Shown here piece by piece: positions 47,801 to 59,106 of a stretch of 64,000 bases of DNA. The position numbers were made by a program, and so were the translations under genes. The notes beneath the pieces were generated by a model that was not told the origin of the DNA, did no database searches, and was given only the letters and a program-made list of their open reading frames with translations. The stretch is from Mantamonas sphyraenae STR306 (taxonomy: Eukaryota; Protista; CRuMs): contig JAPMXV010000058.1 in the NCBI GenBank assembly GCA_026936335.1, positions 62,001-126,000 on the forward strand, in the 5' to 3' direction. Position 1 is the stretch's first letter. The number at the start of each line of letters is the position of its first letter.

Positions 47801-50800
47801 CAACCCAGAAGGCGAAGGGGTGGACAATACGCAGCCGAGCCACCTGTTTGATGTTCTCATGCCTCTGCAGGGCGAGTTGGCGTACAAAGACACAGTGCTG
47901 CGTACGCTGGGCGCTCTGGGCACGGTGCTCACCGGACCACATATGGCCGCGGTGCTGTGTTCGCTCATGTTTGAACTGACCAGCGCTCATGCGTCCATGC
48001 GCACGTATGCATTCAACCAGCTGCGGAGGACGATTCCACGTGCACGTGCCTGCACAGTCAAGCAGTTGCTGGACGACCACCTGCCACACCTGGCATACAC
48101 GCTGCTCAACAAGCTCTCCGACGATGCGGCCATTGTCGACGTGGTTGCAGCCGAGCTGTTTGACATGCGCACCGCACACTTTGTTCATCATCTGCTCCCG
48201 GCTGCGTTTCCCACCCTCGCCCAGAGCGGCAACCGCGACCTGCTTGTCATCCTGGCCGGCTTGGTCAACCTCAGCGAGCACGAACTCGTCATGGAGTATG
48301 CTCCGTATGCCTTGGCCCATCTGTTTACACACCACAGCAGCGACAACCAGACCAGCGTCCGTGCAGTCACTTTTCTCACCAACATCCAAAACACAAACCT
48401 CATGCACATGGTCGATGCGTCTCTGGTGCCCCTCCTCTTTGAGCTCGTCGTCATGCTGGGCGACCCTGCCAAGCGCTCGCAGGCCAAGCGCGCTCTGTCC
48501 ACATGCGTACTGTCAACACGCTGCGCGAACAGCAGGCCACACAGCGTACCAACGACAACCCACAGCAACAGCAGCAACAGGGCATGACGAACACGCCTGG
48601 AAGCGACAGCAGCACGCGTCGATCGTCGAGGCGACGAAGCAGCAAGGGCAAATCGCCAGCCACGCCAGAGCACACAATGGGCAGCACGCGAGGCACGCCC
48701 AACACACCCTTCAAGCGCATTTCCATCTCTGACCTGTTGCGCGATCACTTTCTGCAGGTGATGAGCCACCTGGGCGCCCTACTCGACGGGCACAATCGCT
48801 ACGACAGGCAACGTTGGACACCTGCCGCGGCAGCCAACGCACAGGCACAACCGGTGACCAGCACCAGCAATGGCAGTTCGTCTTCGGGTGCATCTTCTTC
48901 TTCCTCCTCCTCTCCTCCTCCTCCTCCTCGCGCAAACACCGGCTGTATGACCAGCGATCGATCGAACAGCGTTTGAGCGCGCTGCGGTCTCTGGACCAGA
49001 TGATTGTGCTGCTGGGACACAAGGTGAAGCACGTGCGTCTCAAGGTGATGGCCACGCTGAAGCGCAGATTGCAGGACGAGAGCACACGCTCGGCTGCGTT
49101 GGAGGTGTGGCACACGTTTGTGCGCACCATGCGCGTGTCGGACATCGGTCCCATCTTGAACCAGCTTGTCGTCACGCTGCTGCCGCATCTGGACACCGAC
49201 ACAAACATGATTGTGCGCATTTTGACGTATCTGGTGGTGGAGCAGCAGGCCACCCTGCACGACTACCTCGACACCATTGTGTTCTTGCCCAAGTTTGATG
49301 TGCTCAGCGAGGTCAACGCCGTGCTCAGCGAACACACGGGCAACCAGGACCTGCAAACACAGTTGATGCAACTGGCAAGTGGCATTGCACACGGCTCTGC
49401 TGAAGTGCACCAGATGGCCCTTGCCGAACTCGGTCGCGTCCTCGATCGTCACCGCCTCGAGGTCTCACGCATGTGTTGCCAGCAGCCCGTGCACCCAACC
49501 ATCAACCTGCTCCTGGAACGGCTTCTGCGCATGCGTGTCTCGCGCACCGAGGGCAAACTGCTGTGGGCGCAATGCTTGGGCAAGCTGGGCGCCGTCGATC
49601 CCACCAAAGTCGACGTCAACCTGCGCTACCACAACCTGGCACGCCATTATGAGGACAAACACCTCGCCACAGCCACAGAGATCCTCAACGGCTTTCTGCA
49701 CAAGAACCTGCTCGCTGCACGCGCGTCGCTGGATGTCCTCGGCTACGCCACTCAGGAGCTGCTCAAGATTGTTGGGTGCACACGACGTACGCCGTCCCAC
49801 GCAGCCGTTGCCTTGCGCAGTGGCGTGTACACAGTGGGCTACGATGGCACCACCCTGGGCGCAGACGAAGTGGCCGGTGTCGAGTATTGGTGCTCCCTCA
49901 CCGAGGAGATGCGCGACACCTTTCTGCCCTTTCTCACCTCCAAGTACATCATGGGAGGCACAAAGAGCACGTCGGGTGGCGGCGGCGGAGATGGTATGGC
50001 CGTGGAAGAAGACGAGGGAGACAACGACAACCAGGGCGACGACGATGAGGACGACAACGGCGCACCGGTGCATTTCCGAGAGCAACCCACCTTCAAAAAG
50101 TGGATTGTGGCGTGGACACGGCAGCTGATCCGCCAAAGCGCTGGTCCTGCGGCCGAAATCTACGCCGCCTGCCGCGAGGTGATCAACCTGGATCTGAACA
50201 TCGCCCTTTTCTTGCTTCCCTTCTTGGTGCGCAACAACCTGGTGCACGGCTCCGAACGCGTGTACAGGCGCATCCTGGACGAAATCAAGGCGGTGTTGGA
50301 ACACTTTGGCGCGGGCGCCGGTGCATACGGGCTGCAAGGCGACGTGATGGGTGCAGCTGGGCCGGGCGCGACGGGACAGGACGACACGTCGCAGCTGTAC
50401 GTGCAAGTGATCTTCACCATGCTGGACACGCTGAGCCAATGGATCCAGGGTCTGAAGCGCAGGCAGCAGACACGTGCACGTAAACGCAAATCGACGGTGC
50501 GCGATGATCCGGCACAGGTTGCAATGGAGTCGCTTGTGGAACGCATTCCGCAACGCATCATGGCCGACGCCTCGTTCCACAGCCGCGCCTACGCACGTGC
50601 GCTGTTGCACTTTGAGCAGAGTGTGCGACAGGACCACATGGAGAGCAACCGACAAATATTCCACGACGGCACACGCACACTGTTTGAGGACGAGTTGGCG
50701 TACCTACAGCGCATCTACAGCGGCCTGGAGGAGAAGGACAGCCTGAAAGGACTCAAGATGCGCAGGCACTACACACCCAGTCTCCACGAGGAGATTGTGG

Positions 50801-51498
50801 ACCACCAGAACGACGGCGATTGGCTGCAGGCCATGCGGTGCCACGAACAGGCTCTCGAAGACGATCCCACGTCCATGGGCCATCGCCTGGGCGTTCTGGA
50901 GTGTCAGTTGCACCTGGGCAACCTCGAAAGTCTGCTCGCTGCCGCACACGGCCTGGTGGACAGCAGCCTTGCGGTGCGACATCTGTTTGAGATGCGCAGC
51001 GCGTCTGGAGGCGCACAGGCGGGCAGCAGCAGCGGTAGCGTGGACGCAAGCAGTCAATCCGACTCTGGCTTGGATGGACCCTTGGGACGCACTGCACTGG
51101 CTCGCTTTGGTCGTGGCGCAGGCGAGGGAGGTGGCGAAACGAGCTCTGCGTTGAGTGAGCCACGCAGGACAATCCTGGCACAGGTGAGCAAGTATGCAGT
51201 GCAGGCATCGTGGCGATTGGGTCATTGGGACATGTTGGGGGAGTTTCTGCATGCTTGCAGGGACGACGTTGACGTCGACGTGATGTTTGGCCAACTGTTT
51301 CTCGATTTGCAGCGCGGTGACGACGCACGGTTTGAGAAGCACATGCGTGAAGCGCACCTGAAGCTGGTGGAGCCCGTGTTGGCGGCCAGCATGGAGTCGT
51401 TTGAGCACACGTACAAGTCCCTCCACCAGCTGCACATGCTGAGTGAACTGGACGAGTTTTACAGGCGTCGCGGCAGTATGGCCGAGGCGGAAGCAAAG

Positions 51499-51529
<31 letters not shown>

Positions 51530-53964
51530 GCAGAGACACAAAGTCGCCCATGCGGTACGACCGAGGTGAGGCGGGCCTTTTGGGACGCAGGGAGGAGGAG
51601 GAGCTGCGCAAGAACCGGTTTGAGATGCTCAGTGTGGGCCACTCGTACCGTGCCCCCGTGCTGGAGGTCCGCCGTGCCCTGAGCATGCTCGAACTGAGCG
51701 AGCTGGAAGAGGCGATGCAAGCGAGCACACAGGCACACATGCAGGTTTGCAAGGATTGGCTGGCGTTGGCGGAACAGGCGCGATCGGCGGGGCTGTATGC
51801 AGAGGCGGCAAATGCTGTGCGGCACGCACAGACCATGGATCGCACCGAACGCAGCCAGGCTGGGATGGAACACGCGCGGCTGGTGTGGGCCATGGGCCGG
51901 GGCAACCAGCAGATGCAGGCTGTGAACGAGCTGTCGGATGTGATCAAACGCAAACGGGTGCGGCTGGACAAGGAACGCAGCGCCGCGGTGCGAAAGGACA
52001 TCGAACGCGAGCTGGCGGCGTGTCACCGGCTGCTTGGTGCGTGGTGGTCGCAGACGGGGCAGGTGCAAACCAAGGAGGTGATTGCACAGTACGAAACGGC
52101 TATTGGTTTGGAGACGGACAACGAGGAGGGATACTTTGTGCTGGGCAAATACTACGATGTGCTGCTGCAGGCCAAGGTGCACCACACCCCGCTGACACAC
52201 AACAGCAAGTCGGTGAAGCGGACGACACGCAGCAGGGAGCAGCAAGAGAGGTACCTGCAGTACCTGCAGCAGGTGCTGGACAACTACGGCACCTCGCTGC
52301 GCTACGGCCACAAGTTCCTGTACCAATCGTTGCCACGCATGCTGACGCTGTGGTTCGACTACGGCTCGACGGTGGCGGAGCAGATGACGAAATCGCGCAA
52401 CGCCAAGAACAACGACATGCGTTCGCGCCTCACACAGGCCATGGAGAACCTCAACACCATGATGGAGTCGTTCATCAACGATCTGCCCACCTACCAGTGG
52501 ATCACTGTGTTTTCGCAGCTGACGTCGCGCATTTGCCACCAGGAGCCCGAAGTGTACGCCTTGCTGGAAATGGTCATCGAAAACGTGCTGCTGGACTACC
52601 CGCAGCAGGCCCTGTGGGCCATGATGCCCCTGCTCAAGTCGTCCCACTCTGAGCGAGTCAGTCGCGCCGAAGACATCATCCGCAGGCTGCGCAAGAAGCT
52701 GAAGAAGCCCGTGGACGACATGAGCCGCCTGACCGACGAGCTGATCAAGCTGTGCAACCACATGCCAGCCAGCAAGAAGGACACCAGTCTTCGCATCGAC
52801 GTGCACTTTCGCACCCTCGTGCGCATGACCCCGCTTCAGGTCATCATCCCCGTGCAGGCTGCGTTGACGCCGCAGCTGCCACGCGATCACCGCACACACA
52901 GGGACCACCGTGCGTTTGAGAGCAGCGAAGTGACCATCGATCATTTTGCAGACAAGGTAGAGGTCATTGTGTCCCTGCAGCGGCCCAAGCGAATCGGCAT
53001 CCACGGGTCGGATGGACGCCTGTACGAGTTTCTGTGCAAGCCCAAGGACGACCTGCGCAAGGACGCACGCATGATGGAGTTTTACACCCTCATCAACAAG
53101 CTCATGCATGAGGATGCCGAGTCACGCAAGCGCTCGCTGGGCATCCGCACCTACTGTGTCATGCCTCTCAACGAAGAGGTGGGCCTCATCGAGTGGGTGC
53201 CCAACACCACGGGATACCGTCAGATTGTGCTGCGCCTGTACCGCCGCAAGGGCATTGTGGTCAGCAATACGGACATCCGAGAGACCTACAAGCGCAAGGA
53301 CATGACGCGTCTGCAGATCCTGCGTGACGTGATGCTGCAACAGTTCCCGCCTGTGTTCCACGAATGGTTCCTCACGCAGTTCACCACCTCAGATCCCACG
53401 GCATGGTTTGGCGCACGCCTCACCTATGCACGCAGCATTGCCGTCATGTCCATGGTGGGCTACGTGGTCGGGCTCGGCGATCGCCACGGCGAAAACATCC
53501 TCTTTGACACCACCACGGGCGGGTGTGTGCACGTGGATTTCAACTGCCTCTTTTTCAAGGGTCTGCAGTTCAGCGAGCCCGAACGTGTGCCCTTCCGGCT
53601 GACTCAAAACATGGTGGATGCCCTGGGTTTGCTCGGGTACTCGGGCGTCTACCAGCAGGTCTGTGAGATGACGCTTAGGCTGCTGCGAGAGAACAGAGAG
53701 ACGCTCACGAGTGTGTTGGAAACGTTTATCCACGACCCATTGGTGGAATGGACCCGCCGCGGCGGATCGTCGGCCTCGTCCTCGTCGAATGGCGAGAACC
53801 TCGACGCCCTGGCCACCATCAAGGACATTGAAACACGTGTGGAAGGCGTGATTGAGGATGCATTGCCCCTCAGCATCGAAGGACATGTCAGCAAGCTCAT
53901 CCAGGAGGCTGTGTCGTTGGAGAATCTCAGTGTGATGTACACGGGCTGGAGCCCGTGGTTGTGA
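44894..53964 (+). CDS. ATR: ATR (Mec1/Rad3) PIKK checkpoint kinase; 1 intron; about 3 indels
   Basis: HEAT region, CLGKLGAVDP, FAT domain (AYARALLHFE, YQSLPRMLTLW), kinase (KPKDDLRKDARMME, GLGDRHGENIL, HVDFNCLF) and FATC (MYTGWSPWL). Intron 45213-45427; frame breaks near 46425, 48499 and 48912. Confidence 0.93.
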
Positions 53965-53984
53965 GAGAGAAATGGAAGCATGTT

Positions 53985-56039
53985 TCACTCAACACGGACC
54001 ATCCAATGCATCACTCGGTCCATCACTTCGTCCGGAAGGGTGCTCCACATCGCGGTCGGTGTGTAGGCGTCCATCCCGCCAGCTGCAAACATTGTCTCCC
54101 GCTCTCCGCATTCATCGCCATGGCGGTTTCCAATTGCGCATCGACAAGCGACGGCCAGGCACAGTGCACGTCTGCGTTCCACTTGTTCTCAGCCACGGCC
54201 TGGATGAGCAGGGCGGATTGCGTGTATGGCTTGTGCTGCCTCACGGACGCGCAGTAGGCGGACGATGGTGTGTGGTGCTGCACAATGCTGTGAGGATCAG
54301 CACCACGTGAGAGCAGCCACGCACACATGGGCACGTTGTCGCGTTCCAGCGCTGCATGCAGGGCCGAGGTGTTGTTGCGCCAAGCATTGATGGGCACGCC
54401 ATTGTCCAGCATTTCCTGCATTCTGTCGATGTTCCCGTTCTCGGCTGCAATCAAGAAGGATTCTGTTTTGGCCATGTTGATGGATGCAGCGTCGGTGTCA
54501 GGCCTGTTGTTGAACCCGACCACGTTGATGCACGTCTGGTTGCCGTTGAGCGTTGACAGACCATGAGGGACAGCAAAGCCAACCACATGCTCCACGTTGA
54601 GCAACTGCATGGTGTTGCTGTCGCCCAGAGCATCCACCAGCGCATCGATGCCTTCGTTGGGGATGCCTGTGCAGCCGAGGTTGACGAATTGCAAGGATGA
54701 GCTTTGTCGAATGGCCTTGGCCACCGCGCGTGCACCTGTGGCTTTGATCGAAGTGTTGGTGTCCAGCATGATGCAAGTCATGGATGTGCTTTCGCCCAAC
54801 CCGTGTGCCATGGCGACCACATTGGCGTCGGTGAGATTGCAGCATGTCAAGCACACACTGGTGAGCGTCCTGCTCACGGCCATTGCCTCCCCCAAGGCCA
54901 CGCATCCTCGCTTGCCTGGTTTGTTGTACTGCGTATGCAGCACCCGCATGGACGGAGATGTTGCCACAGCATGAGCCAACGCCTCAATCCCGTCCTCGCC
55001 GATCTCGTTCCACCCCAGATACAGCATCTGCATGGACACACTGGCTTCCAGGCCTTCTGCCAGAGCCCGTGCGCCTTTGTCGCCGATTTGGCAGGTTTTC
55101 AACGCGAGTGTTTGCATGCTGGAGCTGCTTGCCAATGCGTTGCCAAACGCCTCTGCTCCTTCGTCCCCACAGTGCTCTGAGCACAGATTGATCAGACGCA
55201 TGGAGGCACTGGAGGCCACGGCATTGGCAATGGACACAACAGCATTCGTGGTGAGACTGGAGGAGGCCAGGGTGAGAAACTCCAGGGTGTTGCTGGTGCG
55301 AATCAGTTCTGCCAGCGCCTCTGCTCCTTCTTCGTGCATGGAGACGAAGGTTAACTCCAGCTCACGCAGGGATTGGTTGACTGCAAAGCTGTGGAAGAGT
55401 GACACCGCGGCATCCACGCCAATTCCGTCGTTGCTGGTCAGCGACAACACTTGCAGGCTGGGATGACCCTCCAATGCCTTGCCCAGGGCACATGCCCCTT
55501 CAGAGTTGATTCCGCAATAGGAAAGATCCAATTCACGCAGTTGGGTGTCGTCCTTGAGCATGTCTGCAACTATGATGGCACCTTGTTCGCCCAGGACGAG
55601 GGAGCTCACATCGAGCGTGTGCAAGGATGGACAGTCCTCCAGGGCGTCCAAGATGGTCTTGACACCGTCGTTGGTGAAGTAGTTGCTGCCGATGCTCAGT
55701 GTGTGCAGCTGTGTGCAGGTGCGAACGGTGTTGGCGAGGTCAACCGCGACCACGTCGTCCAGGTTGTTGCCGTACAGGTGCATCACGTTGATTGGGCTCC
55801 CAACGAGTGCATCCAAAACAGCCGAGGCGCCCGTCGATCCCATGTCGGTTTGTCTCAGGTCCAGCGTGCGCAGTCTTGTGTTGTCCTTGAGCAGTGAGCA
55901 CAGAGTGGAGAAAGCGTGCTCGTTATGTTTCCCGAACGAATTGTAGCCCAAGCAGCAGCTCCTCAAACTGTGACTCTCCACCAATGAGCACCTTGACCAG
56001 CACGTTCACGTGCTTTTCACTCAACACGCCCTTTGTCAT
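53985..56039 (-). CDS. RNI-like LRR + ankyrin protein (paralog of 38235-39405); several indels
   Basis: About 17 RNI-like LRRs, then ankyrin SALHAALERD...LLSRGADP. The likely true C-terminus (WSTLPDEVMDRVMHWMVRVE*) lies in a shifted frame. The start is uncertain (56039 or about 56097). Confidence 0.78.
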
Positions 56040-56231
56040 GTCGATGACCTGCGCAGGATTCGGTGCCCGTGTCAATCAAAAAGTTGCGAACCGACATTTT
56101 GCGCAAACGCGACCCCAGAGCAGCCTACCTTGAGCGGCTGCAACGACTTTCGCAACCTGGGGATGTTTTTCTTTTGCAGTGCGCTGTACCAATTCATTTG
56201 TGTGGTGCCAATGCCGAGATGGGTTGGTTCT

Positions 56232-57295
56232 TCATTCGCCGAGCAAGGGAACGATGTTTTCCACAAACCACGCGTCGGTGAACTGGAGATGGTTGCCAAG
56301 TGTGGACAGAAAGTGGAGCTTGCCTGCCTCTTGCATCGTCTTGAGCCCCAGCAGATCCTTTTCGAAGTTCATCGTTTGGTTCATGGGAATCACCACCTGA
56401 TCCGACCCGTCTCGAAGAATCCAAACCATTCCGACTCGCGAGGGATGACCATTGTGTCATTGAGGAACTTGACCATCACAAACTTGTTCACGGCGCTCAG
56501 GCGTTCCTTGTATGCGGCATTGAAAGTGCCCCGGAAGCTCGTTGTTCATCGCCGGCAGCCAAATGTTCTTTTGCAGGTATTCCTGCGGGTGCAGCGTGTC
56601 ATGCCAGTACTGAGCTTGCACCAAATGCTTCTGCACCTCCTTCTCGTATGCGCCGAGGTCAAACAGGCGACGCATCTCCTCGCAAAAGGCATCCTCTTTG
56701 GCGCAGCGAGGCGCACCAAACACCCCCTGGTGCTGGCCTCCCACAGACACGAGGTTGTGCACACTGACTTGTGGGCACGTTTGCACAATCGCACGCAGGA
56801 ATTGGCTGCCTTGAGAGAACCCCAAGGCGTTGATGGTTTCGTTGCCAAACACCTTGGGCAGCAGCTCACACACCTCTTCAATCTGCGCATGGATGGGCTT
56901 GAAGAACGAATTGAACGAATCCTCTTCCTGATTCTTGCCAATTTCCACGCTGTGGATCTTGATTCCTGGCAGGTGCTGCTCAATCAGTTTCATGATCTGT
57001 TCAACCCACCCAAACTCTGTGTCAGCATCCCGCGCACCCACATGCTTCCTTCCTACGCTGTCTTTAGCATACCCTGCCCATGGAAATCGGGTCGCAACAC
57101 GTGTCACCCATCCCTGTGCGTCGTACGGTGTCAGTTTCCGTTCATTTCCCTGCCGGATTGTTTTCGTGCACTGCACCCACCATGCCAAATGACCAGCGAT
57201 CGCGGGGTGGCTCCCTCCTTTGAAGGAATCAGCTCTGTCAAAGGCATTGCCAACGCCACCGAAGCAAGCAGAGCGAAAACAGCGACAGTCCGCAT
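56232..57295 (-). CDS. PPT1: Palmitoyl-protein thioesterase 1; 2 introns; 2 indels
   Basis: Signal peptide, spliced LVIWHGMGDTCCDPISMG, catalytic GFSQG, GGQHQGVFG, VQAQYWHD, DTMVIPRESEWFGF and GNHLQF. Confidence 0.9.
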
Positions 57296-57354
57296 CAATG
57301 TTGTGTTGCGCGAACGGGGGCACCACAAAGCAAACCCACACACCGACAAGCAAC
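57296..57354. promoter_or_regulatory. Putative 59-bp bidirectional promoter between PPT1 and the epimerase
   Basis: Divergent ATGs at 57295(-) and 57355(+). Function is inferred from position only. Confidence 0.4.
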
Positions 57355-59082
57355 ATGGTGAGCCACTGCCTCCTTTGGTCCTCCACCCCCTCCGTTCCCC
57401 AAACCCTCTATCCCACCCTTTTGTACTCACTCCTCCACCCTCCCGCAGTCGTCTTCGGAGAAACCCCGCGTGCTGATCCTGGGAGGTCTCGGCTTCATTG
57501 GCCGCAACCTCGTCACCTACCTCGTCAAGGTACCCTCCCACGTCAAGCCATGTCTCACAACCCTCCATTTCTGCGGCTGCCTCGTTTGCATCACTCACAC
57601 CATCCCCCTGCGCGCCGCAGAACGAGCTGACGTCCAAGATCCGTGTCATCGACAAACAGCTGGTCAAGACGGCCAACCTGAGCGCCGAGGAGACCGAGAT
57701 CATGGCCACCGATGGCGTCGAGGTCAAGCAGGGCAACCTGGTCAACGACAGTACGTGTGCATCCGCCACTGCTTCCACACCTTTGGCCACATCGGTGCCT
57801 GGGTAGAACCTTGTGCCGTTTTCCCTTGACACACACACACGCTCACGCGTTTCCCTGCGCAACCACTCACCTGCAGAGTCCATCGAAAAGTCCTTTGCCG
57901 ACGAGGAGGGCACCTGGGACATTGTCATCAACCTGGCTGCAGAAACCAAGTACTCCCAGCCCGAGGAGGTGCGTTGTTCCCCGTTGCGGCCCATCCCTCC
58001 CAAAAAAGCACAGAAGGCCCTCCCTTTTTCTTACCCACCCCCCCCCCTTCTCGCTTTGCATCCGGTCCCACCTCCCTCCGCCTTTGCTCACACATTCCCC
58101 CGTACGCTGCACTTGCCCCTTGCTCGCTGTGCGTCTCCGTCACACCAACCACACGCACGCGGTGGTGTTCAGACGTACCAAGAAAAGGTGGTTGATCTCT
58201 CCCGCAAGGTCGCCGCCGAGGCTGCCAAGATCGAGGGCCTCAAACGTTACATCGAACTGTCCACTGCCCAGGTTTACTCGGGTGACTCCAAGAAGAAGAT
58301 CAACACGGAGGCCGAGGGCAAGATTGATCCGTGGACGATGCAGGCCACCTACTCCCTTCAGGCTGAGGAGGCTGTCCTTGCCATCGAGGGCCTCCCTGTC
58401 ATCATCCTCCGCCCCGCCATTGTGTACGGCCCGGGTGACATGATGGGTCTCATGCCTCGCTGTGTCTGTGGCGCCGTCTACAACGCCCTCGGCGAAAAGA
58501 TGAAGTTCCTCTGGGGCTCCGACATGCGCATGAACACCGTCCATGTGTCCGACGTCTGCCGTGCCATCTGGCACCTTACCGAAAAGGGCGACGTTGGCGC
58601 CGTGTACAACCTGGCCGACAAGGCAGACACGAGTAGGTTGACGACCCGTTCGCCCGAGAGAATTTCGAAATCCCCCTTTATCTTATCCAGAAGCCACTCA
58701 CACACACACACTCCCAAACCCTTCCACACACACAGGCCAGCAGAGCATCAACGACATCCTGGAAAAGATCTTCAACATCAAGACGGGCTTCCAGGGCACG
58801 ATTGCAAGCAACGCAGCCAAGCTGAACATGGACATGACCACGGAGTACATCAACGACAAGCACCTCAAGCCCTGGGGCGACCTGTGCAAGGCAGCCGGCA
58901 TCACCAACACGCCCCTGACCCCGTACCTCGACAAGGAGCTGCTGTACAACAAGTCCTTGTACGTCGACGGCTCCTTCATCGAGTCCACAGGCTTTGAGTA
59001 CCAGGTGCCCGAGCCCACCGTCGACCTTGTCATGGAGTCCATCAACTACTTTGTCGACATGGGTCTCTTCCCGCCCCAATAA
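57355..59082 (+). CDS. NAD-dependent epimerase/dehydratase-like (extended SDR) protein; 5 introns
   Basis: Rossmann motif VLILGGLGFIGRNLV, INLAAET, LRPAIVYGPGD and VHVSDV. ATG-only first exon; introns 57358-57448, 57530-57620, 57751-57876, 57969-58172 and about 58634-58735. Confidence 0.85.
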
Positions 59083-59106
59083 GCGTGTTAGGGTGTTGAA
59101 ATCAAC

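Noticed and set aside
49465-53109. 801-aa and 399-aa minus-strand ORFs
   Set aside because: Antisense shadows of ATR.
8183-53964. PRP16, ABCA and ATR as pseudogenes or split genes
   Set aside because: Catalytic motifs are intact and each break is fixed by one base, usually in a homopolymer, which fits sequencing error better than decay.
3910-53964. Functional cell-cycle cluster (MadBub, POC5, ATR)
   Set aside because: The genes are tens of kb apart and interspersed with unrelated metabolic genes, with no sign of co-regulation.
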